A DNA stretch of 64,000 bases from Flavobacteriales bacterium (GTDB taxonomy: Bacteria > Bacteroidota > Bacteroidia > Flavobacteriales_D > UBA2798). Below are positions 28,269 through 37,780 of this stretch, piece by piece; the first letter of the stretch is position 1, and each line of letters starts with the position of its first letter. The notes below the pieces were generated by a model, which was given only the letters and a program-made list of their open reading frames with translations, ran no database searches and had not been told where the DNA came from. A program made the position numbers and the translations under genes. The DNA lies in the NCBI GenBank assembly GCA_019694795.1, contig JAIBBF010000001.1, positions 2,370 through 66,369 on the forward strand, read 5' to 3'.

Positions 28269-28553
28269 ATGCTATTGTTCCTCAATATCTCAGGTGGTGA
28301 AGTGGTGGTTATTTTCCTAATCATCCTTATTTTATTTGGACCGCAAAGCATTCCAACCATTGCCAAGACCCTTGGAAGAGGAATCAGGACCATTAAAGAT
28401 GCTACTCAGGAAATCCAAAACGAAATCCGCAACTCTGCCGAACAAGCCACTAAACAATCCGGGGCAATGAATTCCAGCCTTGACATCAGTAAGGAGCTGG
28501 ATATCAGTAAAGAAATTGATATTGATAAGGATTTAGAGAATCCAATACGATAA
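28269..28553 (+). CDS. tatA: Twin-arginine translocase TatA/E family protein.
   Basis: A single N-terminal TM helix (VVVIFLIILILFGPQSIP) is followed by an amphipathic segment (TIAKTLGRGIRTIKDA). The protein is 94 aa. Confidence 0.75.
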   Translation: MLLFLNISGGEVVVIFLIILILFGPQSIPTIAKTLGRGIRTIKDATQEIQNEIRNSAEQATKQSGAMNSSLDISKELDISKEIDIDKDLENPIR

Positions 28554-28555
28554 TG

Positions 28556-28582
28556 AAAGAGGTCCACAAGGACCTTTTTTTA
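28556..28582 (+). terminator. Rho-independent terminator after tatA.
   Basis: Stem aggtcc / ggacct, loop acaa, then T7. Confidence 0.7.
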
Positions 28583-28688
28583 TATCCTTTTGCTGAAAAA
28601 CCTACAATTTTCTAGCCTACCCCCCAATTTTTCGACACCTGTTTATATTTTTTTTGACTTTTTTTGACGACACCCCCCTTTTTTCGCA

Positions 28689-28696
28689 TAGATTTG
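28689..28696 (+). promoter_or_regulatory. -7 promoter box (TAGATTTG) upstream of the GSIII gene.
   Basis: Exact TAnnTTTG match 19 nt before the ATG at 28716. A TTTG at 28663..28666 sits at roughly -33 spacing. Confidence 0.4.
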
Positions 28697-28715
28697 TCAA
28701 AAAACAGGAAAATTT

Positions 28716-30908
28716 ATGTCAACCATCCGATTTAAGGCCTTAGACGAAGTATTTAATCGTCAACCCAACCATTCCGGCGGCTCCAACGAGCGAATTTCTT
28801 CCTTCTTTGGAGAAAATGTTTTTGGAGATATCGCCATGCGCCAGTTTCTTTCCGAAGGTGTTTACGAAAAAGTAAAAGAAGCCATCGTTGAAGGAAATCA
28901 GCTGGATCGATCGATTGCCGACCAGGTAGCGGTAGGGATGAAAGATTGGGCTATATCGAAAGGTGCCACACATTATACACACTGGTTCCAACCTTTAACA
29001 GGAACAACTGCAGAAAAACACGACTCATTTTTTGAACCTATTATCGGAGGTGAAGGTCGCTCCATTGAAAAATTTTCAGGAAGCATGCTGGTACAACAAG
29101 AACCGGATGCCTCCAGTTTTCCGAATGGCGGAATCAGAAATACATTCGAAGCTCGTGGTTATACTGCTTGGGATCCATCTTCACCTGCATTTATCATAGG
29201 GAAAACACTTTGTATCCCAACAATTTTTATTTCGTATACCGGTGAGTCGCTCGACTACAAAATGCCTTTATTGAAAGCACTTCATGCATTGGATAAAGCA
29301 GCAACAGATGTTTGCCAGTATTTCGATAAAAACATAACAAAAGTTCATTCTACACTTGGATGGGAACAAGAATATTTCCTGGTTGATTCAGCATTATTTA
29401 ATGCTCGTCCGGATTTAATGATGACAGGTCGCGCTTTGTTCGGTCACGCACCGGCTAAAGGTCAGCAATTGGAAGACCACTATTTCGGTTCAATTCCTGA
29501 TCGCGTTTATGCTTACATGCGCGAATTTGAAACGGAAGCCCTGAAACTTGGAATTCCTGTGAAGACTCGTCACAATGAAGTTGCTCCCAATCAATTTGAG
29601 TGTGCTCCCATTTTCGAAGAGGCGAATGTTGCGAATGACCACAACCAATTGTTAATGGACCTGATGGAAAAAATTGCACGCAAGCATCACTTCCGTGTAT
29701 TATTCCATGAAAAACCCTTCTCAGGAATTAATGGTAGCGGAAAACATAACAACTGGTCGATGGGAACCAATACCGGGAAAAATTTATTGAGTCCGGGAAA
29801 AACGCCTAAGGCAAATTTGATGTTCCTTACGTTTTTCATCAACACCATTAAAGCGATTCACGACAATGCAGATTTACTTCGTGCATCCATTGCAACCGCA
29901 TCTAATGATCACCGTTTAGGTGCAAATGAGGCGCCTCCTGCGATTATTTCGACCTTTATCGGTGCTTCACTTTCGCGCGTGTTGGATGAGTTAGAGAAAA
30001 ACGTGAAGAGTGGGAAAATGAGTGCTGAAGAAAAAACAGAACTCAAACTGAATATCGGTCGCATTCCGCAAATTATGCTCGATAATACAGACCGCAACAG
30101 AACTTCTCCATTTGCATTTACAGGAAATAAATTTGAATTCCGTGCAGTAGGATCTTCTGCAAATTGTGGAAATGCAATGATGGTATTAAATACCATTATG
30201 GCGAATCAGTTGAAAAAATTCAAAAAAGAAATTGATACAGCCATCAACAAAGGTGGAGATAAAGATGAAGTGATTCTTCAAACGTTGCGCAAATACATCG
30301 TTGATTCGAAAAAAATCCGTTTCGAAGGAAATGGTTATGGCGAAGAATGGGTGAAAGAAGCAGCGAAAAGAGGTCTTTCGAATGTAAAAGATACGCCTCG
30401 CGCTTTGGATGTTTGGGCAAGAAAAGAAATTGCGAAATTATTTGAAGAAGAAGGTGTATTAACGCATCGCGAAATTGAGGCGCGTCATGAAATTGAATTG
30501 GATCAATACACATTGAAAATTCAGATTGAATCGCGTTTGGTGGGCGATATTGCCATGACCCGGATTGTTCCGGCTGCGATTAAATATCAAAATCAGTTGA
30601 TGGATAATCTGGCAAAACAAAAAGACATTTTAGGCACAAACGCTAAAAAAATGACTGAAGGTTTACAGAATCTCATTATCGAAATCAGTGAACATGTAAA
30701 TACCATTATCACTAAAGTGGATGATATGATTGAAGAACGCAAAAAAGCAAACAACATCTCCGATTCACGCGAGCGAGCGATTGCTTATTGCGATCATGTA
30801 AAACCATTCTTTGACAAAATCCGTTACCATGCCGACAAACTGGAAATTGTGATTGATGACGAATTGTGGAGCATGCCAAAATTCAGAGAATTACTCTTTA
30901 CCAAATAA
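28716..30908 (+). CDS. Glutamine synthetase, type III.
   Basis: 730 aa. The GSIII-type N-terminus reads FGENVF...MRQFLSEGVY. Catalytic-region motifs include NEVAPNQFECAPIFE and HEKPFSGINGSGKHNNWS. Confidence 0.9.
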   Translation: MSTIRFKALDEVFNRQPNHSGGSNERISSFFGENVFGDIAMRQFLSEGVYEKVKEAIVEGNQLDRSIADQVAVGMKDWAISKGATHYTHWFQPLTGTTAEKHDSFFEPIIGGEGRSIEKFSGSMLVQQEPDASSFPNGGIRNTFEARGYTAWDPSSPAFIIGKTLCIPTIFISYTGESLDYKMPLLKALHALDKAATDVCQYFDKNITKVHSTLGWEQEYFLVDSALFNARPDLMMTGRALFGHAPAKGQQLEDHYFGSIPDRVYAYMREFETEALKLGIPVKTRHNEVAPNQFECAPIFEEANVANDHNQLLMDLMEKIARKHHFRVLFHEKPFSGINGSGKHNNWSMGTNTGKNLLSPGKTPKANLMFLTFFINTIKAIHDNADLLRASIATASNDHRLGANEAPPAIISTFIGASLSRVLDELEKNVKSGKMSAEEKTELKLNIGRIPQIMLDNTDRNRTSPFAFTGNKFEFRAVGSSANCGNAMMVLNTIMANQLKKFKKEIDTAINKGGDKDEVILQTLRKYIVDSKKIRFEGNGYGEEWVKEAAKRGLSNVKDTPRALDVWARKEIAKLFEEEGVLTHREIEARHEIELDQYTLKIQIESRLVGDIAMTRIVPAAIKYQNQLMDNLAKQKDILGTNAKKMTEGLQNLIIEISEHVNTIITKVDDMIEERKKANNISDSRERAIAYCDHVKPFFDKIRYHADKLEIVIDDELWSMPKFRELLFTK

Positions 30909-30910
30909 GA

Positions 30911-30940
30911 AAAAAAATCCCGCTCCGTGCGGGATTTTTT
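30911..30940. terminator. Bidirectional terminator between convergent genes.
   Basis: Stem aaaaatcccgc / gcgggattttt, loop tccgt, flanked by an A-run and a T-run. The T-run overlaps the stop of the minus-strand gene at 30939. Confidence 0.75.
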
Positions 30941-31907
30941 ATGGCATTTTATTAATTATTTCAATGGAAACGATTCGGTCATTTTCAAAACTAAAACGCA
31001 TGGCTTTAGAATTTCCATCCGTAATTAAGAGTATCCGGGGATAAACATGTCCATCGAAATTAATCAATTTAAAAAAATCAAATTGCGTCATACCACACAC
31101 CAAACCTCCGCAAATATCTATTTCCTTGTTTCGTAAAATTGCCTGATCCAATACTAAATTACTCTCAGCTCTCCCACTAAATTTAAATTCGGAATTCATG
31201 CAATTGAACTCGGCGAAGAAATATTTATCGCCGCCTCCAGTTGTTTTGAAATAATTTTTGCTGTTTAATACAGGATTGCAAATAAATTCAGCCTCCCGTT
31301 TTAAACGGGAATACTCTACTGGTGGAAAGTATTTTTGGATGAACGACGAATCAAACATGTTATATTCTTTTGGAACTTCAACCGTGAGCAATTCATACTC
31401 TTCTGCCGTTTTAAATACGGGCACATGAGCTTCTAAAACCAAGGCTTTTAAATCTTCCAATTGTTTGATGGCACGTTGCTCCGTTTTTGAGGAATAACTG
31501 GTTTTCCTGATTGGACGTTTTGGTCCATAGAAATATACTCCCTGACAGAGAAAGCAAACCGACATTCTTCCAACCAGGGAATCTTTCTCATTGTATAAAA
31601 AAAGTGCATGATGAGGAATATAGCATTTCGACAAGCCCTCCTGAAGTAAACTTAAATCTTGCTTTAACCATTTTTTAAATGCGGTTATCTGCGATGCATT
31701 AAATTCGAAACCCTCCTTGCGCACTGAGGGAATAATTTCTCCGTTTTGAACGGGATCGTGCTTACCGTGCAATTCGCTGTTTAGGTTATAAAGACAGATC
31801 TTTACCCGACTGAATTCAGTATATGGCCAAATGGCACTCGCCTGCGATGGAAGAATTGCAGCAGAGATGAAGCCAATAATCAGTAAAATTTTAACTATCC
31901 AATTCAT
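30939..31907 (-). CDS. Secreted hypothetical protein (322 aa).
   Basis: ORF track. Signal peptide MNWIVKILLIIGFISAAILPSQASA. No family recognised. Confidence 0.6.
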   Translation of the reverse strand: MNWIVKILLIIGFISAAILPSQASAIWPYTEFSRVKICLYNLNSELHGKHDPVQNGEIIPSVRKEGFEFNASQITAFKKWLKQDLSLLQEGLSKCYIPHHALFLYNEKDSLVGRMSVCFLCQGVYFYGPKRPIRKTSYSSKTEQRAIKQLEDLKALVLEAHVPVFKTAEEYELLTVEVPKEYNMFDSSFIQKYFPPVEYSRLKREAEFICNPVLNSKNYFKTTGGGDKYFFAEFNCMNSEFKFSGRAESNLVLDQAILRNKEIDICGGLVCGMTQFDFFKLINFDGHVYPRILLITDGNSKAMRFSFENDRIVSIEIINKMP

Positions 31908-31951
31908 ATCTGAATATAGTCATTTTCTTTTTCTTATGGCCTTCTTTCGAT

Positions 31952-31959
31952 TATATTTG
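31952..31959 (+). promoter_or_regulatory. -7 promoter box (TATATTTG) upstream of the LytTR regulator.
   Basis: Exact TAnnTTTG match 16 nt before the ATG at 31976. Confidence 0.4.
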
Positions 31960-31975
31960 TTGATATTCCATTTTT

Positions 31976-32719
31976 ATGATTACGGCTGTAATAATCGACG
32001 ACAATGCGGAAGCCCGCACTAATCTGAAATCTGATTTGGCGGATTCTTTTCCGGACCTGCAAATTATTGGAGAAGGTGAAAGTGTGGTAAGCGGCACTAA
32101 ATTATTAAAGCAGGTAAAACCTCAAATTGTATTTCTGGATATTCAGCTTGGTGACGGAAGCGGATTTGATTTACTTGAAATTTTGGGTGACGTAAACTTT
32201 AATGTCATTTTTACCACCGCTTCTGATGAATATGCGGTTAAAGCCTTCAGGTTTTCTGCCATTGATTATTTATTAAAACCCATTGATCCGGATCAATTAA
32301 AAAGTGCCGTTGAAAAGGCCGTCAATAATGGAAAGACCAGTAAAGAATCGCTGGATCTTTTAATGGAACATTCGAAAAACAACAATAAACCTCACAAACG
32401 TCTTGCCCTGAATACACTTGATAAAATTCATATTGTAAACATAACCGATATTGTGCGGTGCGAAGCGGATGTAAATTATACCACGTTTTATTTTACGGAT
32501 AAAAGCAAATTATTAGTAACCCGTACACTTAAAGAATTTGAAGATCTGCTGAAGGATCATTCATTTTTACGCGTACATCAGAGTCACCTCGTTAACACCA
32601 ACCTCGTAAAAGAATTTGTAAAAGGCGATGGAGGTTATCTGGTGATGAACGACGCTTCGAATGTTCCGGTTTCCACCCGAAAAAGAAACGCTGTTGTTGA
32701 AGCTTTGAACTCATTGTAA
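31976..32719 (+). CDS. Two-component response regulator, LytTR DNA-binding family.
   Basis: The REC domain reads VIIDDN...VFLDIQLGDGSGFDLL...LLKP. The C-terminal LytTR-like segment reads IVRCEADVNYTTFYF...FLRVHQSHLVN. Confidence 0.85.
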   Translation: MITAVIIDDNAEARTNLKSDLADSFPDLQIIGEGESVVSGTKLLKQVKPQIVFLDIQLGDGSGFDLLEILGDVNFNVIFTTASDEYAVKAFRFSAIDYLLKPIDPDQLKSAVEKAVNNGKTSKESLDLLMEHSKNNNKPHKRLALNTLDKIHIVNITDIVRCEADVNYTTFYFTDKSKLLVTRTLKEFEDLLKDHSFLRVHQSHLVNTNLVKEFVKGDGGYLVMNDASNVPVSTRKRNAVVEALNSL

Positions 32720-33991
32720 ATGCAACCACTCGCAGAACGAATGCGACCCAAGTCGCTCGAAGAATATATTGGTCAGGAACATCTGGTAGGTTCAAACGCA
32801 GTTTTATTCCGAACCATTGAAACGGGGAATATTCCTTCCATGATTTTATGGGGTCCACCCGGTGTAGGAAAAACCACACTTGCCCAATTAATTTCTACTA
32901 AACTTCAACGTCCGTTTTACACCTTAAGCGCCATTAACAGTGGTGTAAAAGATATCCGGGAAGTGATTGAAAAAGTCAAAAACCAGGGCATGTTTGGCGG
33001 AAGCAATGCTGTTTTGTTTATTGATGAGATTCACCGCTTCAGTAAATCGCAACAGGATTCACTTTTAGGCGCCGTAGAACGAGGAATCATCACCCTGGTG
33101 GGTGCAACTACAGAAAACCCTTCTTTCGAGGTAATTCCCGCACTGTTATCGCGTTGTCAGGTTTATGTTTTAAGGCACCTCGAAAAATCGGATCTGGAGA
33201 AAATTTTACGCCAGGCCATAACAAAGGATGAACTATTAAAAAATAAATCTATTTCACTTGAAGAAACCGAAGCGTTAATGATGATTTCAGGTGGAGATGC
33301 CCGCAAATTATTAAATGCATTGGAGGTTGTTGTACAGGCGCAAAACAAAAAAGAGATTGTAATTACCAATGAACTGGTGCGGACGGTAATTCAGGAAAAT
33401 CTTGCTTTGTATGATAAAAGTGGTGAGCAGCATTACGATATTATTTCAGCATTTATAAAATCGATACGGGGAAGTGACCCTAATGCTGCCGTGTATTATC
33501 TGGCACGAATGGCAGAAGGTGGAGAAGATCCGCTTTTTATTGCGCGCCGCATGTTGATTTTAGCTTCTGAGGATATAGGAAACGCGAACCCCACCGCATT
33601 GGTAATTGCCAATACCACCTTTCAAGCCGTGAATGTAATTGGATGGCCGGAGTCGAGAATTATTTTATCGCAATGCGCAATTTATCTTGCAACCTCGCCT
33701 AAAAGCAATGCATCGTATGAAGCCATTAACCAGGCGCAAATGGAAGTGAAACAAAGCGGACATTTACCCGTGCCTTTGCATTTAAGAAATGCACCTACCA
33801 AATTAATGAAGGAATTGGGTTATGGCGATGACTATAAATACGCTCATAGTTATCAGGGGAATTTTGCAGATCAGGAATTTCTGCCTTCCGATATCGCAGG
33901 AAAAAAATTCTATGAGCCCGGTAAGAATAAACGTGAAGAAGAAATCCGTAATCTATTGCGACAACTCTGGAAAGCGAAATACGGTTATTGA
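32720..33991 (+). CDS. rarA: Replication-associated recombination protein A (AAA+ ATPase).
   Basis: Walker [12 protein letters not shown], Walker [10 protein letters not shown], and a MgsA C-terminal region ([26 protein letters not shown]). Confidence 0.9.
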   Translation: MQPLAERMRPKSLEEYIGQEHLVGSNAVLFRTIETGNIPSMILWGPPGVGKTTLAQLISTKLQRPFYTLSAINSGVKDIREVIEKVKNQGMFGGSNAVLFIDEIHRFSKSQQDSLLGAVERGIITLVGATTENPSFEVIPALLSRCQVYVLRHLEKSDLEKILRQAITKDELLKNKSISLEETEALMMISGGDARKLLNALEVVVQAQNKKEIVITNELVRTVIQENLALYDKSGEQHYDIISAFIKSIRGSDPNAAVYYLARMAEGGEDPLFIARRMLILASEDIGNANPTALVIANTTFQAVNVIGWPESRIILSQCAIYLATSPKSNASYEAINQAQMEVKQSGHLPVPLHLRNAPTKLMKELGYGDDYKYAHSYQGNFADQEFLPSDIAGKKFYEPGKNKREEEIRNLLRQLWKAKYGY

Positions 33992-33992
33992 T

Positions 33993-36419
33993 TTAAATTT
34001 TCACTTGCAAAGCCACATAAAAATTTCTTCCGTCGGCAGGTAATATTCCGGGACCAGGATAGGCGGTTGCTCTTCTGGTAAAATACATTTGATTCATCAT
34101 ATTATTTACTCCACTTTCCAATCTCCAGCGTTTATAATTCAACGACATTGAAAAATCCCAGACCCAATATGCAGGTACAATTCCACTTACTGCATTGGGA
34201 GAATAAGTTGCATTGGTTGCATCTGAATACTGTTCGGCTGTGTACGAATATTGCAAGGTTGCACTTATAAATTTGCTTTTAAATGAAGTTCCGGTTCTAA
34301 GTGTTTGCCTGGGGACCAATTCAACATATTTCCCGCTTACTGCAGCGTTTGAACTTTTTAAATAACGTGAATCAATAAAAGAATAATTAACGAAAATGGT
34401 CCAGCTATTTTTAAGCGAATCATTCCACCATTTCAACAAATCAGTTTCTACAAACGATTCCACTCCCATGTTGTAGGAATTTCCCACATTGGTACGGTAA
34501 CGATAAACCTGTAAAGTTTGCGGATCACTTTCCAGGACTTCTCCAATACGATTTTTATAGTTGATATAAAATACAGAAACATCGTAGGTCAATTTTCGCT
34601 TCCAGTTCCCTCTCCAGCCTGCATCGGTGGTATAACCATACTCATCGCTTATGGATGGATCAACTTTGTAATTGGGATTTGAAATTTGAAGATCAGAAAA
34701 ATTAATGGCGCGATAATTTTGAGAAATATTTCCATAAACCTCACCCGCATTTTTTGTTTTATAAGCGAGACCAATTCCCGATAAAAACACCCAACGTTCC
34801 CGTTCTGTTTGACTATTTATATTTTGCTCAAAAATGATATTCCCAGCTAAATCAGTAGCGATTTGCTTATAATAACCTTTCGATTTTGTATTGATGTACT
34901 CCAGTCGAACACCGGGTGTGATGGTAAAGTTTTGAGATATATAAAATATATTTTCAGAAAACAGTGCCATGTTTCTACTTGGAAAGGTATAATCTGAACC
35001 TTCTAAATCATCCGCATGGTTAAATGAAAAATTGGCATTAGAAAGACTATCGGATTGACCTTGCTGATTGATGGTTTGTCCTGCATACACCCGAATTCCC
35101 GATAGAAAAACACCTATATTTTTCCCTAATGCATAGCGATGAAGGAAACGGGTTTCACTTCCGATATTATGGAATTGACCAATTATTAAATCGCGATTCC
35201 CGCCCGGATCAATTCGGGTGATAGAACCTAAAAACCCGACCGATTTACGATCGGCGAGTAAACCGAAATTACGGATGTTGAGTTGCGATTTGGAACTTAA
35301 ATTGATGTTTGCACTAAATGAAAATAAATTCCAGTTTACATTGAACCAATTTCTGTTTCGAATAGATTGTTTTGGATCCTGACGAAACATGGCATCGGTT
35401 AGTCCGCCCGGTTGTTGAGCCAGATAACTCATGTGGGTATAATCTGCATTCAGCAGAATGTGTTCCCTTACTTTAAAGCTTAATGATACAAATCCATTCT
35501 TCTGATTAAAACCGGCGTTATTTCTCCAACCCTCTCCTTGCTTATATTGAAATCCCGCAAAATAATTGAACCTTTTTTTGGTGCCCCCTACTGTTATGGA
35601 ACTATTCACCAATGCAAATGACCCGAGCGATTGACGAAATGTAATTTCGAAGGGTTTTAATTTTGTGCCTTGCTTCATTACAAAATTGACCACACCTCCA
35701 AATTGAGTCCCGTACTGCAAAGAAGATGCACCGCGTACAACTTCAATACGATCTAAAAATTCGGTAGCAGGTGTATAATAACTTTCCGGATAACCCAATG
35801 CATCGGCACTGATATCATAACCGTTTTGTCGGGTATTAAAATTAGATGTGCGGTTGGGCGACAATCCTCTTCCGCCTATACCTAATTGGAGTCCTGCCCC
35901 ATCACTTTCCCAAATATTTAATCCCGCAATTTTCGCATAAACCTGTCGCGAATTATTGGTGGCTTTGTTAACATCCATTTTATCCAACACAACCACTTCA
36001 TTTTTTTTACCGGCATAAATTGCAGTTCCTTCTACCGGATTTAAACGTGTGATTGAAAAATTCTGATCCTCTGCGCCAGTCACCTCAACCGGATCCAGTT
36101 CATATCCTACCGGCTTCAAATAAACTGAAATCAGGGTGTCCTTTTGGATTTCGATATTGACTCGCAATACATCATATCCATATTGAAAAAAAACAAACTC
36201 CAGGGGAAATTTGCTTTTACTGGTATAAATAAAAAATCCGTTTTGATTGGTGGTGACTGCATTATTTTCCTGTTCGCAAATAACACGTACTCCTTGAATT
36301 TGCTTTTTAGTTTCCGCATCGAAAACCGTTCCGGAAATGGTCTGTCCCAGTACTTCCACTCCACCTGATAATATCAGAATGAACGAAAGCAGAAAATGAT
36401 ATGAAAAACAAATTCTCAT
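33993..36419 (-). CDS. TonB-dependent receptor with an N-terminal carboxypeptidase-regulatory-like domain.
   Basis: Signal peptide. ISGTVFDAETKKQIQGVRV domain. Plug region (DPVEVTG..., IEVVRGASSLQYG). Long beta-barrel portion. The protein is 808 aa. Confidence 0.85.
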   Translation of the reverse strand: MRICFSYHFLLSFILILSGGVEVLGQTISGTVFDAETKKQIQGVRVICEQENNAVTTNQNGFFIYTSKSKFPLEFVFFQYGYDVLRVNIEIQKDTLISVYLKPVGYELDPVEVTGAEDQNFSITRLNPVEGTAIYAGKKNEVVVLDKMDVNKATNNSRQVYAKIAGLNIWESDGAGLQLGIGGRGLSPNRTSNFNTRQNGYDISADALGYPESYYTPATEFLDRIEVVRGASSLQYGTQFGGVVNFVMKQGTKLKPFEITFRQSLGSFALVNSSITVGGTKKRFNYFAGFQYKQGEGWRNNAGFNQKNGFVSLSFKVREHILLNADYTHMSYLAQQPGGLTDAMFRQDPKQSIRNRNWFNVNWNLFSFSANINLSSKSQLNIRNFGLLADRKSVGFLGSITRIDPGGNRDLIIGQFHNIGSETRFLHRYALGKNIGVFLSGIRVYAGQTINQQGQSDSLSNANFSFNHADDLEGSDYTFPSRNMALFSENIFYISQNFTITPGVRLEYINTKSKGYYKQIATDLAGNIIFEQNINSQTERERWVFLSGIGLAYKTKNAGEVYGNISQNYRAINFSDLQISNPNYKVDPSISDEYGYTTDAGWRGNWKRKLTYDVSVFYINYKNRIGEVLESDPQTLQVYRYRTNVGNSYNMGVESFVETDLLKWWNDSLKNSWTIFVNYSFIDSRYLKSSNAAVSGKYVELVPRQTLRTGTSFKSKFISATLQYSYTAEQYSDATNATYSPNAVSGIVPAYWVWDFSMSLNYKRWRLESGVNNMMNQMYFTRRATAYPGPGILPADGRNFYVALQVKI

Positions 36420-37777
36420 TCGAAATCAAGCACCCATTTACGATGTTTAAGATTGTATTCTTCTTTTGCAAGATCTACTTCCGGATCAATAAAAGGTTGA
36501 CTTCCGCTTCCATTTAATGAGACGTAAGATTTCACTTTAACAATTGGCTCCGTAAATGTAAACGTAGTATCGCGAATCGTAATGGATTTTCCTGTATAAC
36601 GATCCCGCAGAAAATGGGCAAATTGCAAAATCATATCCGGTTGGGTGGACATCATCTTTTCCTGCACCGGGGTGAGGTATTTTCGATTATTTATTTCAAT
36701 CGTCCCGGGAAAGGTCGGATCGCCAACCGTAAATACAGCAGTTCCTCCCTTTTCCATCAGCATAACCCGCCAGGAAAAACGAAAACCTTCTTCTGTCCAA
36801 AATAATTTTCCGGGATACAAAACATACCTGAACGGAACCAATATTTGTACAACAAAAAATAAAAGAAATAAGCCTGCCATTAATTTCCCCTTGGCAGGAT
36901 AAATAGTTTTAGGGAAACTCATTTCTCTCATAGAGATTCCTTTCCTGATTTTCCGAATCCATTTCTCGTGCCATTCTGAAGGGAAAAACACGAGCGTACT
37001 TAAAATCATGATATATGGAAACATTCCAATATTAAAAAGTAATCCGGTTAAAACATGAAATAGAATGACCGCCATGTAGGCCCAAATTCTTGTTTTTTTC
37101 ATGAGCAGAAAAAAGGGAATGGTCAAATCATAGATACAACCAAACCAACTAAAAAAATAAGCTAACCATACTTTATCAAGCACTGGTCCGATGAAGGGTA
37201 AATGTGCTTTAGCCGGCAGCCAAATACGCAAGGGTTGTGCTTCAAATAACCAATCGGGATTAATCTTTGCTATACCTGCAAAAAAATAAACGATTCCCAA
37301 CTGAAGGCGAATACTTCCCACCATCCAACGCGGAACCATGTCGAGTTTGATGGATTGATTAAACATCACATCCACAGAAAAAAACCGGTGAGCAGGAAGA
37401 AAAATCAATAAGAATGAAACAAGACTTACAAAATAATAATGATTCAGATAATTGGTCTTATCGATTAGCTCTACATAGGTAAATAAAATGAAAAACGTAA
37501 TGGCTGATATGCGGTAGAACAATCCGATCATGATTCCGAAAGCTGCCAGAGCCATGATCATAAACAGCATGTGCATTCCTGTTTCACCGAGTGGCTTCAC
37601 CCATTCGAATCCATAATATGTAAAATAATAAACCGGCTTTACATATAAATCGTTGATCCAACCTTTATAGGCGAAACGAATAATTCCCAATAACATCATG
37701 AATCCGAATATCAACCGGAACATTGCAAGGGGAGCAATGCTAACGGGAGCATTCAGGTAAGCAATGGACTTCTTCAT
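36416..37777 (-). CDS. HTTM-domain (vitamin-K-dependent gamma-carboxylase-like) integral membrane protein.
   Basis: Polytopic N-terminal half plus a soluble C-terminal half. It shows the typical context with imelysin/DUF4856/TonB-receptor genes. A 4-nt overlap links it to the receptor gene. Confidence 0.65.
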   Translation of the reverse strand: MKKSIAYLNAPVSIAPLAMFRLIFGFMMLLGIIRFAYKGWINDLYVKPVYYFTYYGFEWVKPLGETGMHMLFMIMALAAFGIMIGLFYRISAITFFILFTYVELIDKTNYLNHYYFVSLVSFLLIFLPAHRFFSVDVMFNQSIKLDMVPRWMVGSIRLQLGIVYFFAGIAKINPDWLFEAQPLRIWLPAKAHLPFIGPVLDKVWLAYFFSWFGCIYDLTIPFFLLMKKTRIWAYMAVILFHVLTGLLFNIGMFPYIMILSTLVFFPSEWHEKWIRKIRKGISMREMSFPKTIYPAKGKLMAGLFLLFFVVQILVPFRYVLYPGKLFWTEEGFRFSWRVMLMEKGGTAVFTVGDPTFPGTIEINNRKYLTPVQEKMMSTQPDMILQFAHFLRDRYTGKSITIRDTTFTFTEPIVKVKSYVSLNGSGSQPFIDPEVDLAKEEYNLKHRKWVLDFE

Positions 37778-37780
37778 GCA

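Noticed and set aside
25072-30513. Antisense or embedded ORFs within secDF and the GSIII gene (e.g. 25365..25757, 25881..26090, 26946..27155, 27924..28241, 28740..28991, 29909..30196, 30244..30513).
   Set aside because: They are embedded in strongly supported genes and have no motifs or expression signals.
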